Virus record (IMG/VR): IMGVR_UViG_3300017910_000855
Span: 1 to 54,565 of that record
DNA length: 54,565 nucleotides
Reading direction: 5' to 3' (one strand)
Source of the DNA: a virus
Taxonomy: Duplodnaviria > Caudoviricetes
Below are positions 1-9,565 of the stretch, one piece after another. The notes below the pieces were generated by a model. The model ran no database searches and was not told the DNA's origin. It worked only from the letters and a program-made list of their open reading frames with translations. A program made the translations under genes and the position numbers. How positions within the stretch are numbered: the stretch's first letter is position 1; the number at the start of each line of letters is the position of its first letter.

Positions 1-72
1 GCAATTACTGATATTCAGTTCCAAAATACAGGAGAAGAAGCTAACGTAAGTATAACCCTTCAACCTGTATAA
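1..72 (+). CDS. 3' end of a gene truncated by the window edge
   Basis: Open frame AITDIQFQNTGEEANVSITLQPV* ends at TAA 70-72, immediately before the next ATG at 74. Confidence 0.5.
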   Translation, partial: AITDIQFQNTGEEANVSITLQPV

Positions 73-73
73 G

Positions 74-262
74 ATGGCAAAGAAAGCAGATATAGAAATT
101 AAAAAAAGCAACGCAGGTAAGTTTACTGCGTGGGCAAAAAAGAATATGCCGGGTAAATCGGTATGTGATGCTGCATCAGCAGTAATGAAAAGTAAAAATA
201 ATTATAAACCCAATGTAGTAAAGATGGCGAACTTCGCTAAAAACTTTGGCTGCAGTAAATAA
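74..262 (+). CDS. Small basic hypothetical protein (possible internal virion/DNA-binding)
   Basis: 62 aa, Lys-rich; the IEIKKSNAGKFTAWAK...ANFAKN pattern resembles a motif recalled from Bacteroidota/crAss-like phage proteins. Confidence 0.7.
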   Translation: MAKKADIEIKKSNAGKFTAWAKKNMPGKSVCDAASAVMKSKNNYKPNVVKMANFAKNFGCSK

Positions 263-270
263 GTAATGTT

Positions 271-477
271 ATGAAACAAGGTTACAATGACAGACTTGAT
301 GAGTCTATCGGAAACAAGCACAAGGGTTCGCATTCTCAATCTATGAAAGACAGAAGAGACGAATCAAAAGGAATGGCAAAAGCTATGACAGGTCACGCTT
401 ACAGTGGAGACCACCATATGGATAAACACTATCCATCAAGTGTAAAAGGACATCTATCTAAACTTATTAAAAAGTAA
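271..477 (+). CDS. Small hydrophilic hypothetical protein
   Basis: 68 aa ORF in a tightly packed operon; KQGYNDRLDES...RRDESKGM. Confidence 0.7.
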   Translation: MKQGYNDRLDESIGNKHKGSHSQSMKDRRDESKGMAKAMTGHAYSGDHHMDKHYPSSVKGHLSKLIKK

Positions 478-482
478 AATAG

Positions 483-623
483 ATGGGTAAGTTATTTGTG
501 AAAATAGGATTATGGATGCAAGGTATTTGGTGCAAATTCCAATGCAAATGGAATTGGATTGTATCAAAGTTAATGTTCAAGGTAGCATCTTGTCCGAATA
601 AACTATGTACTTGTAAGAAATGA
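483..623 (+). CDS. Small Cys/Trp-rich hypothetical protein (46 aa, absent from ORF track)
   Basis: MGKLFVKIGLWMQGIWCKFQCKWNWIVSKLMFKVASCPNKLCTCKK*; fills the gap; ATGA overlap with next gene. Confidence 0.65.
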   Translation: MGKLFVKIGLWMQGIWCKFQCKWNWIVSKLMFKVASCPNKLCTCKK

Positions 624-787
624 ATTGGAATGAAAAATCAAAAGGCTTTGGCGACACAGTTGCTAAGGTAACTCAAATAACAGGTATTAAGTCTGTTGTT
701 GATACAGTCGCTAAAAAAGTAGGGAAGGACTGTGGATGCGGAAAAAGACGTGATACACTAAATCGTATAATTCCCTATAAAGATTAA
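620..787 (+). CDS. Small hypothetical protein with DCGC motif (55 aa, absent from ORF track)
   Basis: MNWNEKSKGFGDTVAKVTQITGIKSVVDTVAKKVGKDCGCGKRRDTLNRIIPYKD*; ATGA-coupled, ends 2 nt before next ATG. Confidence 0.75.
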   Translation: MNWNEKSKGFGDTVAKVTQITGIKSVVDTVAKKVGKDCGCGKRRDTLNRIIPYKD

Positions 788-789
788 TT

Positions 790-1257
790 ATGGCATATCA
801 AAAGTTACAACAAACAAGAGCTATTCAGGTTATACCTGCTGATGGTGTAGTTGTTCCAAATCCGGGTGGAGAAGTTGCTTCAGGTCAAAACACCACGTTG
901 CTACAAGACCACCTTGTTGATAGTAATGCTTCGTTTACCGGAAAGGTAAATGTAGGTGCCACTGTGTATAACATTAATGGAGCTAACGCTGCTACTGTTA
1001 CTGCAGTTTCAGAAAACTCTTTAAGGTTATCTGCTGATATATTTACAGGTGCTACAGGAAAGCAGTACATCGTTTACAATATAGACAGTATTGGTCCTGT
1101 ATTATATACAGGCTCAGGTGGACAGATAGATGTTTACACTGCAGGGAATGATTTTGTATCAATCAAAAATGTTCAACCGGGTGTAGTTTTACCATTGATG
1201 GTAAAAACTGTAGAAGCAACAGGAACAACGGCAACAGGAATAATAGCACTTTGGTAA
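790..1257 (+). CDS. Probable virion structural protein (beta-rich)
   Basis: 155 aa, T/V/G/A-rich; shares an internal module with the 13111 tail ring protein. Confidence 0.65.
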   Translation: MAYQKLQQTRAIQVIPADGVVVPNPGGEVASGQNTTLLQDHLVDSNASFTGKVNVGATVYNINGANAATVTAVSENSLRLSADIFTGATGKQYIVYNIDSIGPVLYTGSGGQIDVYTAGNDFVSIKNVQPGVVLPLMVKTVEATGTTATGIIALW

Positions 1258-1328
1258 AATGGATTATGAACTTACAACAACTTTAGGAATAGAAGACATT
1301 GAAGTTGTTTACGAAATAGTAGAAAAGG

Positions 1329-1622
1329 ATGGCTCAGATAGACAAGGATACGACTTTCACTTTAACGATTAAAGACGCAGCAGGATTGGGAGTATTTTTG
1401 GTGGGCATATTGAGTGTCTACTTTACATTGAAAGCAGATATTGCATTGGCAATGGAAAGACCGGAGCCGGTTATTTCGGAACAAGAGTACCATTACAAAG
1501 ATGAGATTGTAAGAAAAACGATTATGCTTACCCAACAAGATGTTGATGGGATAAAAGATGATGTAGAAGAAATAAAAGAAACATTAAAAACACTCGAACA
1601 ACGACTCTATGAAATTCAATAA
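1329..1622 (+). CDS. Single-TM protein with C-terminal coiled coil (lysis-cassette membrane protein, possibly spanin- or holin-like)
   Basis: Hydrophobic segment AAGLGVFLVGILSVYFTL followed by a heptad-rich tail; lies upstream of the amidase. Confidence 0.55.
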   Translation: MAQIDKDTTFTLTIKDAAGLGVFLVGILSVYFTLKADIALAMERPEPVISEQEYHYKDEIVRKTIMLTQQDVDGIKDDVEEIKETLKTLEQRLYEIQ

Positions 1623-1625
1623 GTG

Positions 1626-1976
1626 ATGAAAAAGATTGCTCCTTTATTAGTTTTGTTAATAGGAACTTTATTAGTTTCTCCGGCAAAACCTATAGAGGAA
1701 CATAAACCAAGTAAAACGCATAAATTAACTGTACTTCAAATTAATGCAAAATGGAACTCTGCCAATGCAGTAGATATTGATAGGTTAAAAAACTGTAATA
1801 TCGAATGGGCATTCCTCGAAGACCAAAATCACACGGTCAGGCAAAAGTTCAAAAAGATTCCCTTTATAATTATCAAAGAATACGATGAACCATTATTAGT
1901 GTGGGAAGGTAACATTATGTTTGAACCAACAGTTACCTTAGAAGAATTACAAACACACGTAAATAATTATAAATAA
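1626..1976 (+). CDS. Exported thioredoxin-fold-like protein lacking CxxC
   Basis: Signal peptide MKKIAPLLVLLIGTLLVSPA; VLQINAKWNSAN aligns with the Trx motif VDFxAxWCxxC; KKIPFIII resembles the cis-Pro strand. Confidence 0.5.
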   Translation: MKKIAPLLVLLIGTLLVSPAKPIEEHKPSKTHKLTVLQINAKWNSANAVDIDRLKNCNIEWAFLEDQNHTVRQKFKKIPFIIIKEYDEPLLVWEGNIMFEPTVTLEELQTHVNNYK

Positions 1977-2101
1977 TGGCTAAACTGCATATCGCAAATT
2001 ACATCAAAAAGACTTACAAAAAAAGACCGGGAGTGCATTCAAAGAATGCATCGAAAGGTCAATCAGGTTATAAACAAAAATATAGAGGGCAAGGAAGATG
2101 A
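1976..2101 (+). CDS. Small highly basic peptide ending KYRGQGR (41 aa, absent from ORF track)
   Basis: MAKLHIANYIKKTYKKRPGVHSKNASKGQSGYKQKYRGQGR*; TAATG and ATGA overlaps with both neighbours. Confidence 0.75.
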   Translation: MAKLHIANYIKKTYKKRPGVHSKNASKGQSGYKQKYRGQGR

Positions 2102-2532
2102 TACCATCAGAAATAAGAAAAATTATAATACACTGTTCTGCGACAAGAGCAGGAGACGATTCCGTAAATGCTGCAGTCATTGATAAATGGCACAAAGCAA
2201 GAGGGTGGTCAGGAATAGGCTACCACTTTGTAATTCTTATAGACGGAACAATTGAAACAGGTAGAAAGATAAATGTTCGTGGAGCTCATACGAAGGGGTT
2301 GAATAGTGAATCTTGGGGTATATGTTACGTGGGTGGAGTTGAACAAGATGGCAAAACTCCAAAAGACACAAGAACTGAAAAACAAAAAGACTCTTTAGCA
2401 TACCTTTTGTACTTTCTAAAGTTACTTGCACCTGAAGCTACGATACACGGACACAGAGATTTTTCACATAAAGCGTGTCCAAGTTTCGATGCTACTGAAG
2501 AATACAAATCAGAAAATTGGAAAAAGCTATGA
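2098..2532 (+). CDS. Endolysin, N-acetylmuramoyl-L-alanine amidase (T7 lysozyme/Amidase_2 type)
   Basis: IIIHCSAT, WHKARGWSGIGYHFVI, GAHTKG, GICYVGG, IHGHRDF..KACPSF Zn-amidase motifs. Confidence 0.95.
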   Translation: MIPSEIRKIIIHCSATRAGDDSVNAAVIDKWHKARGWSGIGYHFVILIDGTIETGRKINVRGAHTKGLNSESWGICYVGGVEQDGKTPKDTRTEKQKDSLAYLLYFLKLLAPEATIHGHRDFSHKACPSFDATEEYKSENWKKL

Positions 2533-2924
2533 AAGAGATATTTAAAAAGATATTTGGACTTGATAACTTAGGTCAAAAAATTGGAGACCTTGTTGATAGA
2601 TTTGTTCAAACCAAAGAAGAAAAAGCTGAGTTTGAAAAAGAACTTACACAGATATTCATTGAAGCTGAAAAAGATATGCAACAAAACGTAACGGAGCGTT
2701 GGAAGGCTGATATGGGTTCTGATTCGTGGCTTTCTAAAAACGTAAGACCATTGGTTTTGTTGTTTCTTATTGTATCTACTATTGTGATGATATTCATAGA
2801 TGCAGGTGCTATAAAATTTAACGTACAAGAAAATTGGGTGGACTTACTTCAGATAGTTTTAATCACTGTAATTTCAGCATATTTTGGTGGAAGGTCGTTC
2901 GAAAAGATTAAAAATAAAAAATAG
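2529..2924 (+). CDS. Holin (3TM/GTA-holin-like)
   Basis: RWKADMGSDSWLSKNVRPLVL, two hydrophobic helices, AYFGGRSFEK tail; ATGA overlap with the amidase suggests start 2529. Confidence 0.8.
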   Translation: MKEIFKKIFGLDNLGQKIGDLVDRFVQTKEEKAEFEKELTQIFIEAEKDMQQNVTERWKADMGSDSWLSKNVRPLVLLFLIVSTIVMIFIDAGAIKFNVQENWVDLLQIVLITVISAYFGGRSFEKIKNKK

Positions 2925-2932
2925 TATCTTTG
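2925..2932 (+). promoter_or_regulatory. Bacteroidota-type -7 promoter element TATCTTTG
   Basis: Matches TAnnTTTG, intergenic, 20 nt before ATG 2952. Confidence 0.6.
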
Positions 2933-2951
2933 TAAAACAAAATTAAATCAA

Positions 2952-3179
2952 ATGACAAAGTTAAGTACAGAAGAGTTAGATGAACTTCAAAATTTAAACA
3001 CGGAGTTTACAAAACTTAAAATATCTCTTGGGGATTTAGAAATCCAAAAGAGTCAAATCATTTCTGAAATCGCAGCTATAAAAATTAAGTTCGGTCAGAA
3101 TGAAAAGAAGCTAATTGAAAAATATGGACAAGATTCTGTTATCAATATACAGACAGGAGAGGTCCAACAAAAAAAGTAA
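2952..3179 (+). CDS. Small coiled-coil hypothetical protein
   Basis: 75 aa helical, ends KYGQDSVINIQTGEV. Confidence 0.75.
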   Translation: MTKLSTEELDELQNLNTEFTKLKISLGDLEIQKSQIISEIAAIKIKFGQNEKKLIEKYGQDSVINIQTGEVQQKK

Positions 3180-3182
3180 AAG

Positions 3183-3800
3183 ATGTCAAAAATAAGTTCA
3201 TATCCTATTGTCACTGCTACCGAGCAAGACCTTATTATTGTAAGTGAAGTAAACGGAACACCATCTGATGTAACTAAAAACATTCAGGTTAAATCTATTA
3301 TTGATTTAGCAGGAACTGCAATTCTTACAGGGATGATAAACAACTTTGCATCTCAGGGGTCAGGTGGATATGACTATATGGAATGGACTTCAAATGTTAC
3401 TCCTGATACACAAATACCTTTGTTTAAAGTACCTTGTGATATGCAACTTCAAAAAGTTGGTTGGATTTGGTGTGGTGCTGCACCTTTGACTATTACAGGT
3501 ACAGACAATATAACTATAAGTATTGGTCAAATACCTGACGACCCACTAATGCCGGGTTCAGGTCAAGACGCAGTTATTGGAAATTATGTAGAAGACCACA
3601 AGATTGTTACTTTTGATAATACCAATGATGGCACAAGACCTTCAGGAATCAAAGACTTTACAAGTTCACAAACTGCATACAATCTCCAACAAGGAGACAA
3701 CCTTGCAGTTGTAGCAACAGAGGTAGGTACAATTATGCCTATGGATGGAGAACTTTCATTGTCTTTTTATTTTAGATTAATAAATAGTTCCGGCTACTAA
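3183..3800 (+). CDS. Probable virion/fibre-type structural protein
   Basis: N-terminus MSKISSYP...DLIIVSE...TKNIQV resembles fibre anchor segments; beta-rich C-terminal domain. Confidence 0.55.
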   Translation: MSKISSYPIVTATEQDLIIVSEVNGTPSDVTKNIQVKSIIDLAGTAILTGMINNFASQGSGGYDYMEWTSNVTPDTQIPLFKVPCDMQLQKVGWIWCGAAPLTITGTDNITISIGQIPDDPLMPGSGQDAVIGNYVEDHKIVTFDNTNDGTRPSGIKDFTSSQTAYNLQQGDNLAVVATEVGTIMPMDGELSLSFYFRLINSSGY

Positions 3801-3809
3801 TATAATGAA

Positions 3810-4037
3810 ATGGATATACGTAAAATCTCAGTTGGTCCTGATTACAAGTCAGGAGCAATGCACTACTTGATAGGACAAAGTGTTTTAAATGCAACACATA
3901 GCATTCACTTAATAAAACATTACGAAGAAACAGATTCTATAAAAATATGGATAGAAGATGAGGATGGAGTAGTAACGTGTTGGAAAGAGTTTAATTCCAA
4001 TATGCCTATATCCATTGAGTACAATATAAACTTCTAA
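3810..4037 (+). CDS. Conserved-type phage hypothetical protein
   Basis: IRKISVGPDYKSGAMHY...WKEFNSNMPISIEYN; coupled to the next gene. Confidence 0.75.
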   Translation: MDIRKISVGPDYKSGAMHYLIGQSVLNATHSIHLIKHYEETDSIKIWIEDEDGVVTCWKEFNSNMPISIEYNINF

Positions 4038-4600
4038 TGAAATCCATATATCAGTTTATAGTTAAACCTGTAGACAACAAAAGATACAACAATACTAAAA
4101 ATATAGGCGGTATTGACTTTGTTGTCAGTACATCTGAAGAAGATGTATCAGCTTCAAATCGTGAAGCAATAGTCATAGAGACTCCACTAAGTTACAACGG
4201 ACCCATATCAAAAGGCGATACATTGTTAGTACATCACAATGTGTTTAAGTTCTATAATGATATGTATGGTAGAAGACAAAGTGGAAAAAGTTTTTTTAAA
4301 GAAAACATTTTCTTTGTAGACTACGACCAATTCTTTGCATACAAAAAAGAAGACAAGTGGTACGGTTATGACAGGTATTGCTTTTTAAAACACATACCTC
4401 CAAAGGATAGCTATATATATAAACCTCTAACCAAAGAGCCACTTATGGGGAAAATTGTTATATTAAATGACACATTGAGAGAGAAAGGACTCAAAGAAGG
4501 AGATACTGTTTGCTATAAACCTGACCAAGAATATGAGTTTAGAGTAGATGACGAAATTTTATGGAGGATGTATGACCACTCAATTACATTAAAATTATGA
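4037..4600 (+). CDS. Co-chaperonin GroES-like protein (two tandem GroES-like domains)
   Basis: Two units of pattern FIVKP...IV...KGDTL/V (ISKGDTLLVHHNVF; GLKEGDTVCYKP); upstream of terminase. Confidence 0.55.
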   Translation: MKSIYQFIVKPVDNKRYNNTKNIGGIDFVVSTSEEDVSASNREAIVIETPLSYNGPISKGDTLLVHHNVFKFYNDMYGRRQSGKSFFKENIFFVDYDQFFAYKKEDKWYGYDRYCFLKHIPPKDSYIYKPLTKEPLMGKIVILNDTLREKGLKEGDTVCYKPDQEYEFRVDDEILWRMYDHSITLKL

Positions 4601-4875
4601 ATACAAAAGAAACTAAATTAAAAATAATTGAAGCAGGTCATCAGGCAGTAGAGCAACTTATAAAGGTAGCAAAAGAAAAAATAATAAAACCTGACCCTGA
4701 AGATGATTTGGCTGCAGACAGATTAAAGAACGCAGCAGCCACAAAAAAACTTGCAATCTTTGATGCTTTTGAAATACTCAAAAGGGTTGAAGAGGAAAGA
4801 GAGATTCTTGAGGGAGGCACAAGTAATTCTAAGATAGATACAAAACAAGGATTTGCAGAAAGAAGGTCTAAATAA
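4597..4875 (+). CDS. Probable terminase small subunit
   Basis: 92 aa helical protein directly upstream of TerL; ADRLKNAAATKKLAIFDAFEIL. Confidence 0.6.
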   Translation: MNTKETKLKIIEAGHQAVEQLIKVAKEKIIKPDPEDDLAADRLKNAAATKKLAIFDAFEILKRVEEEREILEGGTSNSKIDTKQGFAERRSK

Positions 4876-4876
4876 T

Positions 4877-7081
4877 ATGTACAGGGTAGTCCAAGATTGG
4901 ATACCCAAAAGTGTTGTAACCAACAAGAATAGAAATAAGTCTTGGATATATGGTTACAATAAACAGTATGATGTTATTGTTATATCAAAGACCGGAGAGA
5001 TAGGAGATGTAGTCGATATTGCATCACTTAAAATAGCTTTACCAAAAGAACCAAAAGAGTGTCTTCAAAGACACTCAGATAAAAAGAAGCAGTATTGGGA
5101 AAGACAAGAGCTACCAAAACCTTTAAATAAAATATCATCCATCTTTCAGTGGAATGAGATGCCATCTGACTTCAAGTCAAGATGGGTAGATTATATAGAA
5201 GCTGAGTTTGACAATAGAGAACTTGGTTTTTGGTTTATGAATAATGGTAAACCAACTTATATAACCGGAGCTCATTATATGTATTTGCAATGGACTAACA
5301 TTGATGTTGGTTACCCTGAATACAGAGAAGCTAATAGATTATTATATATCTTTTGGGAAGCGTGTAAAGCAGACAAAAGAAGTTTCGGAATGATATATCT
5401 AAAAATTAGACGTTCAGGATTTTCTTTTATGTCTTCTTCAGAGTGTGTGAATACAGGTACTTTAGCTAAGGATTCTCGTGTAGGTATTTTATCTAAAACA
5501 GGAGCTGATGCTAAAAAAATGTTTACTGATAAAGTTGTTCCCATCAACAGTAGACTTCCATTCTTTTTCAAACCTATAATGGATGGAATGGATAAACCTA
5601 AAACAGAGTTAGCTTACAGAGTACCTGCGTCAAAGATTACTAAAAAGAATATGTATGATGTAGAAGACGATGAGATTCAAGGACTTGATACCACGATAGA
5701 TTGGAAAAATACAGATGATAACAGTTATGATGGAGAAAAACTTTTGTTACTTGTACACGATGAAAGTGGTAAATGGTTGAAACCAAATAATATACTTAAC
5801 AATTGGCGAGTTACAAAAACTTGTTTACGTTTAGGGAGTAAGATTATTGGAAAATGTATGATGGGGTCTACCTCAAATGCATTGAGCAAAGGTGGAGATA
5901 ATTTTAAAAAACTATTTTACGATTCTGATATAACAAAACGTAATGCTAATGGTCAAACCAAAAGCGGTTTATATTCACTATTCATTCCTATGGAATGGAA
6001 TATGGAAGGATTTATTGATAGGTATGGAATGCCTGTTCTTGAAAATCCTATTGAACCCATTGAAGGAGTAGATGGAGAATACATAGACCAAAGTGCATTG
6101 AACTATTGGGAGAATGAAGTTGAGTCTTTGAAACACGACCCTGATGCATTAAACGAATACTATAGACAATTCCCACGAACTGAATCTCACGCTTTTAGAG
6201 ATGAAAGCAAACAGTCATTATTTAATTTAACTAAGATATATCAACAGATAGATTATAATGACGCAATGATTACAGAACAATATGTAACTCGTGGTTCTTT
6301 TTCGTGGAAAAATGGAATCAAAGATACACAAGTAATCTTTTCTCCGGATAAAAGAGGAAGGTTCTACATAACTTGGGTTCCAAATAAAAACTTACAAAAT
6401 AACTATTACACTAAACACGGAGTCAAGTATCCCGGAAACGAACACATAGGTGCGTTTGGATGTGACTCTTACGATATTAGTGGAACGGTTGGAGGTGTTG
6501 GCTCTAATGGAGCTTTACACGGATTGACTAAATTTAGTATGGAAGAGGCACCATCTAATGAATTTTTTTTAGAATACATTGCGAGACCTCAAACTGCTGA
6601 GATATTTTTTGAAGACGTATTGATGGCTTGTGTATTTTACGGAATGCCTATATTAATAGAGAATAACAAACCAAGATTATTATACCACTTCAAAAACAGA
6701 GGGTACAGAGGATTTGCTATGAACAGACCTGATAAGGTATTCACTAAACTATCTAAAACAGAAAAAGAGTTAGGAGGAATACCAAACTCAAGTGAAGATG
6801 TAAAACAAGCTCACGCTGCTGCGATAGAATCATATATAGAAAATTTCGTAGGTTTAAGGTCAGATGAGGATATGAGTTCAATGGCTTTCAATAGAACATT
6901 GGAAGATTGGGCAAAGTTTGATATTAGCAACAGAACTAAGTATGATGCGTCTATAAGCTCAGGTTTAGCAGTAATGGCTTGTCAAAAGCATCTATATCAG
7001 CCTGAAAGAAAAGAGTCAAGAATTATGTTTAACTTTGCAAGGTATAGTAATACAGGCAAAACAAGTCAGATAATTAGATGA
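4877..7081 (+). CDS. terL: Terminase large subunit
   Basis: Walker A-like LKIRRSGFS, Walker B LLVHDESGKW, motif III GSTSN, nuclease GCDSYD and C-terminal YDASIS; start ATG 4877 preferred. Confidence 0.9.
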   Translation: MYRVVQDWIPKSVVTNKNRNKSWIYGYNKQYDVIVISKTGEIGDVVDIASLKIALPKEPKECLQRHSDKKKQYWERQELPKPLNKISSIFQWNEMPSDFKSRWVDYIEAEFDNRELGFWFMNNGKPTYITGAHYMYLQWTNIDVGYPEYREANRLLYIFWEACKADKRSFGMIYLKIRRSGFSFMSSSECVNTGTLAKDSRVGILSKTGADAKKMFTDKVVPINSRLPFFFKPIMDGMDKPKTELAYRVPASKITKKNMYDVEDDEIQGLDTTIDWKNTDDNSYDGEKLLLLVHDESGKWLKPNNILNNWRVTKTCLRLGSKIIGKCMMGSTSNALSKGGDNFKKLFYDSDITKRNANGQTKSGLYSLFIPMEWNMEGFIDRYGMPVLENPIEPIEGVDGEYIDQSALNYWENEVESLKHDPDALNEYYRQFPRTESHAFRDESKQSLFNLTKIYQQIDYNDAMITEQYVTRGSFSWKNGIKDTQVIFSPDKRGRFYITWVPNKNLQNNYYTKHGVKYPGNEHIGAFGCDSYDISGTVGGVGSNGALHGLTKFSMEEAPSNEFFLEYIARPQTAEIFFEDVLMACVFYGMPILIENNKPRLLYHFKNRGYRGFAMNRPDKVFTKLSKTEKELGGIPNSSEDVKQAHAAAIESYIENFVGLRSDEDMSSMAFNRTLEDWAKFDISNRTKYDASISSGLAVMACQKHLYQPERKESRIMFNFARYSNTGKTSQIIR
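5059..5074 (+). repeat. 16-bp palindrome copy 1 (inside terL, read as CLQRH)
   Basis: GTGTCTTCAAAGACAC, extends to GAGTGTCTTCAAAGACACTC. Confidence 0.97.
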
Positions 7082-9513
7082 AAGATATTAAAATAAACAT
7101 TTCATCTGCAGGTTTTCCAAGTCAATTTGTGTCAGATGCAGAAAAAGCTACTGACGAGTATGGATTGATGATAGGTCAAGCTATTCAATATGAATGGTTT
7201 CGTAAAGACGGAAACGGTTGCAGATTCTATGACCAATGGCGAGAGTTTCATAGGTTAAGATTATATGCAAGAGGCGAACAATCCATAAGAAAATATAAAG
7301 ACGAATTAGCTATTGATGGCGATTTATCTTACTTAAATTTAGATTGGACTCCTGTTCCGGTAATTCCAAAGTTTGTTGATATTGTTGTCAACGGAATGGC
7401 AGACCGTTTATTCAAAGTAAAGGCATATGCACAAGATGCAATGTCTCAAGCCAAGCGTTCTAAATATCAGGATATGATAGAAGGACAGATGGCAGCAAAA
7501 GACCAATTGGAAATCATTCAAAAGAAAAGTGGGTATGACCCATTTATAATGCCTTCAGAAGAACTTCCTAAAAGTGATGAAGAGCTTTCCCTGTATATGC
7601 AGTTAAACTACAAACCTGCAATTGAGATTGCTGAAGAAGAAGCAATCAATACTATATTAGATGAGAATCATTACGTAGATTTAAGAAAAAGATTTGATTA
7701 TGACCTTACCACATTAGGGATTGGTGTAGCTAAACACGAGTTCTTAAAAGGTTCAGGGGTTGAAGTTTCATATGTTGACCCTGCAAATATCGTTTACAGT
7801 TATACTGAGGACCCTCATTTTAAAGATTGTTTCTATTGGGGAGAAGTAAAAACTCTACCGATTACAGAGCTACTTAAAATAGACCCTTCATTAACTACAT
7901 CTGACTTAGAAGAAATATCTAAGTATAGTCAATCTTGGTATGACTATTACAATGTAGCACAGTTTTATGAGAATGATATTTTCTATAGAGATACCGTAAC
8001 ACTTCTTTACTTCAATTATAAAACCACTCAAAAGATGGTTTATAAAAAGAAAGTAATGGCTACAGGCGGTAATAAAGTTATTGAGAAAGATGATAGTTTT
8101 GACCCACCGGTTGAAGTAATGGAAGAAGGTAACTTTGAAAAGTTTGAAAAAACTATTGATGTATGGTATGATGGTGTAATGGTAATGGGAACTAACATTC
8201 TTTTGAAGTGGGAACTTGCTAAGAATATGGTCAGACCAAAATCTACAAGCCAACACGCTTTACCTAATTACGTTGCAGTTGCACCAAGAATGTACAAAGG
8301 TGTGTTAGAGTCTTTAGTAAGACGTATGATTCCATTTGCGGATTTAATACAAATGACACACTTGAAGCTACAACAAGTAATTGCAAGAGTAGTTCCTGAT
8401 GGAGTTTACATTGACGCAGATGGACTGAACGAAGTTGACTTAGGAACCGGAGCTGCCTATAACCCTGAAGATGCACTAAGATTATATTTCCAAACCGGTA
8501 GTGTAATTGGTAGAAGCTATACTCAGGATGGAGATTACAATCAAGGTAAAACTCCTATTCAACAACTTACCTCAAACTCAGGTGCATCGAAAACTCAAAT
8601 GCTTATTACTAATTATAATCATTATTTGAATATGATTAGAACCGTAACAGGACTTAATGAAGCACGAGACGCAAGTACACCTGACCCTAACTCTTTAGTG
8701 GGTCTACAAAAACTTGCAGCACTAAATTCAAATGTAGCTACAAGACATATACTCGATGGTAGCTTGTATATATTTAGAAGTTTAGCAGAAGCACTTACTT
8801 ATAGAATAGCTGATATTTTAGAATATGCAGACTTCAAAGATGACTTTGCTAATAAAATTGGAAAGTATAATGTTTCATTGTTAAATGAAATAACAGACTT
8901 ATACATATATGACTTTGGTATATTCATTGAAGTAGCACCTGACGAAGAACAAAAAGCTCAACTTGAGCAAAACATTCAAATGGCATTATCTAAACAAGAT
9001 ATTAATTTAGAAGATGCTATTGACATTAGAGAAATTAAAAATCTAAAACTTGCTAATCAGTTGTTGAAATTAAAACGTCAACAAAAGCAAGATAGAGAAG
9101 AGCAGATGAAAATGCAGCAACAAGCAATGACTGCACAACAAAATCTAAAGTCTCAAGAGATGGCTGCACAATTAGCTATGAAGAAACAAGAGATGGAGCT
9201 TCAAGGTAAGATGCAGTTGAAACAAGCAGAGATTGCATTTGAAATCGAAAAGATGAATAATGAAGCTAAGTTAAAATCTCAATTGATGGCAGAAGAGTTT
9301 AATTACAATCAACAGTTGAGAAACATTTCAGAAACTGCTTTGCAACAGAGAGAGACACAAAGAGAAGAAGCAAAAGAAAAAAGAATCTCTCAACAAAACA
9401 CACAACAGTCAAAATTAATTAATCAACGTAAAAACAATTTGCCACCTCAAGTATTTGAATCAAATGAGGATAGTTTAGACGGCTTCGATTTAGCCGAGTT
9501 TTCTCCAAGATAA
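7078..9513 (+). CDS. Portal protein
   Basis: 811 aa after TerL; LDWTPVPVIPKFVDIVVNG; Gln-rich coiled-coil C-terminal barrel as in P22/crAss-type portals. Confidence 0.88.
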   Translation: MKDIKINISSAGFPSQFVSDAEKATDEYGLMIGQAIQYEWFRKDGNGCRFYDQWREFHRLRLYARGEQSIRKYKDELAIDGDLSYLNLDWTPVPVIPKFVDIVVNGMADRLFKVKAYAQDAMSQAKRSKYQDMIEGQMAAKDQLEIIQKKSGYDPFIMPSEELPKSDEELSLYMQLNYKPAIEIAEEEAINTILDENHYVDLRKRFDYDLTTLGIGVAKHEFLKGSGVEVSYVDPANIVYSYTEDPHFKDCFYWGEVKTLPITELLKIDPSLTTSDLEEISKYSQSWYDYYNVAQFYENDIFYRDTVTLLYFNYKTTQKMVYKKKVMATGGNKVIEKDDSFDPPVEVMEEGNFEKFEKTIDVWYDGVMVMGTNILLKWELAKNMVRPKSTSQHALPNYVAVAPRMYKGVLESLVRRMIPFADLIQMTHLKLQQVIARVVPDGVYIDADGLNEVDLGTGAAYNPEDALRLYFQTGSVIGRSYTQDGDYNQGKTPIQQLTSNSGASKTQMLITNYNHYLNMIRTVTGLNEARDASTPDPNSLVGLQKLAALNSNVATRHILDGSLYIFRSLAEALTYRIADILEYADFKDDFANKIGKYNVSLLNEITDLYIYDFGIFIEVAPDEEQKAQLEQNIQMALSKQDINLEDAIDIREIKNLKLANQLLKLKRQQKQDREEQMKMQQQAMTAQQNLKSQEMAAQLAMKKQEMELQGKMQLKQAEIAFEIEKMNNEAKLKSQLMAEEFNYNQQLRNISETALQQRETQREEAKEKRISQQNTQQSKLINQRKNNLPPQVFESNEDSLDGFDLAEFSPR

Positions 9514-9541
9514 CTGAATAAAATGAACAAAAATTTATTAT

Positions 9542-9549
9542 TAACTTTG
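9542..9549 (+). promoter_or_regulatory. Bacteroidota-type -7 promoter element TAACTTTG
   Basis: TAnnTTTG, intergenic before the scaffold gene. Confidence 0.6.
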
Positions 9550-9565
9550 TACAAAATTAAATCAA

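Noticed and set aside
1259-1372. 37-codon ORF MDYELTTTLGIEDIEVVYEIVEK...
   Set aside because: Could be real since it fills a gap, but it overlaps the next gene by 44 nt and has no supporting motif
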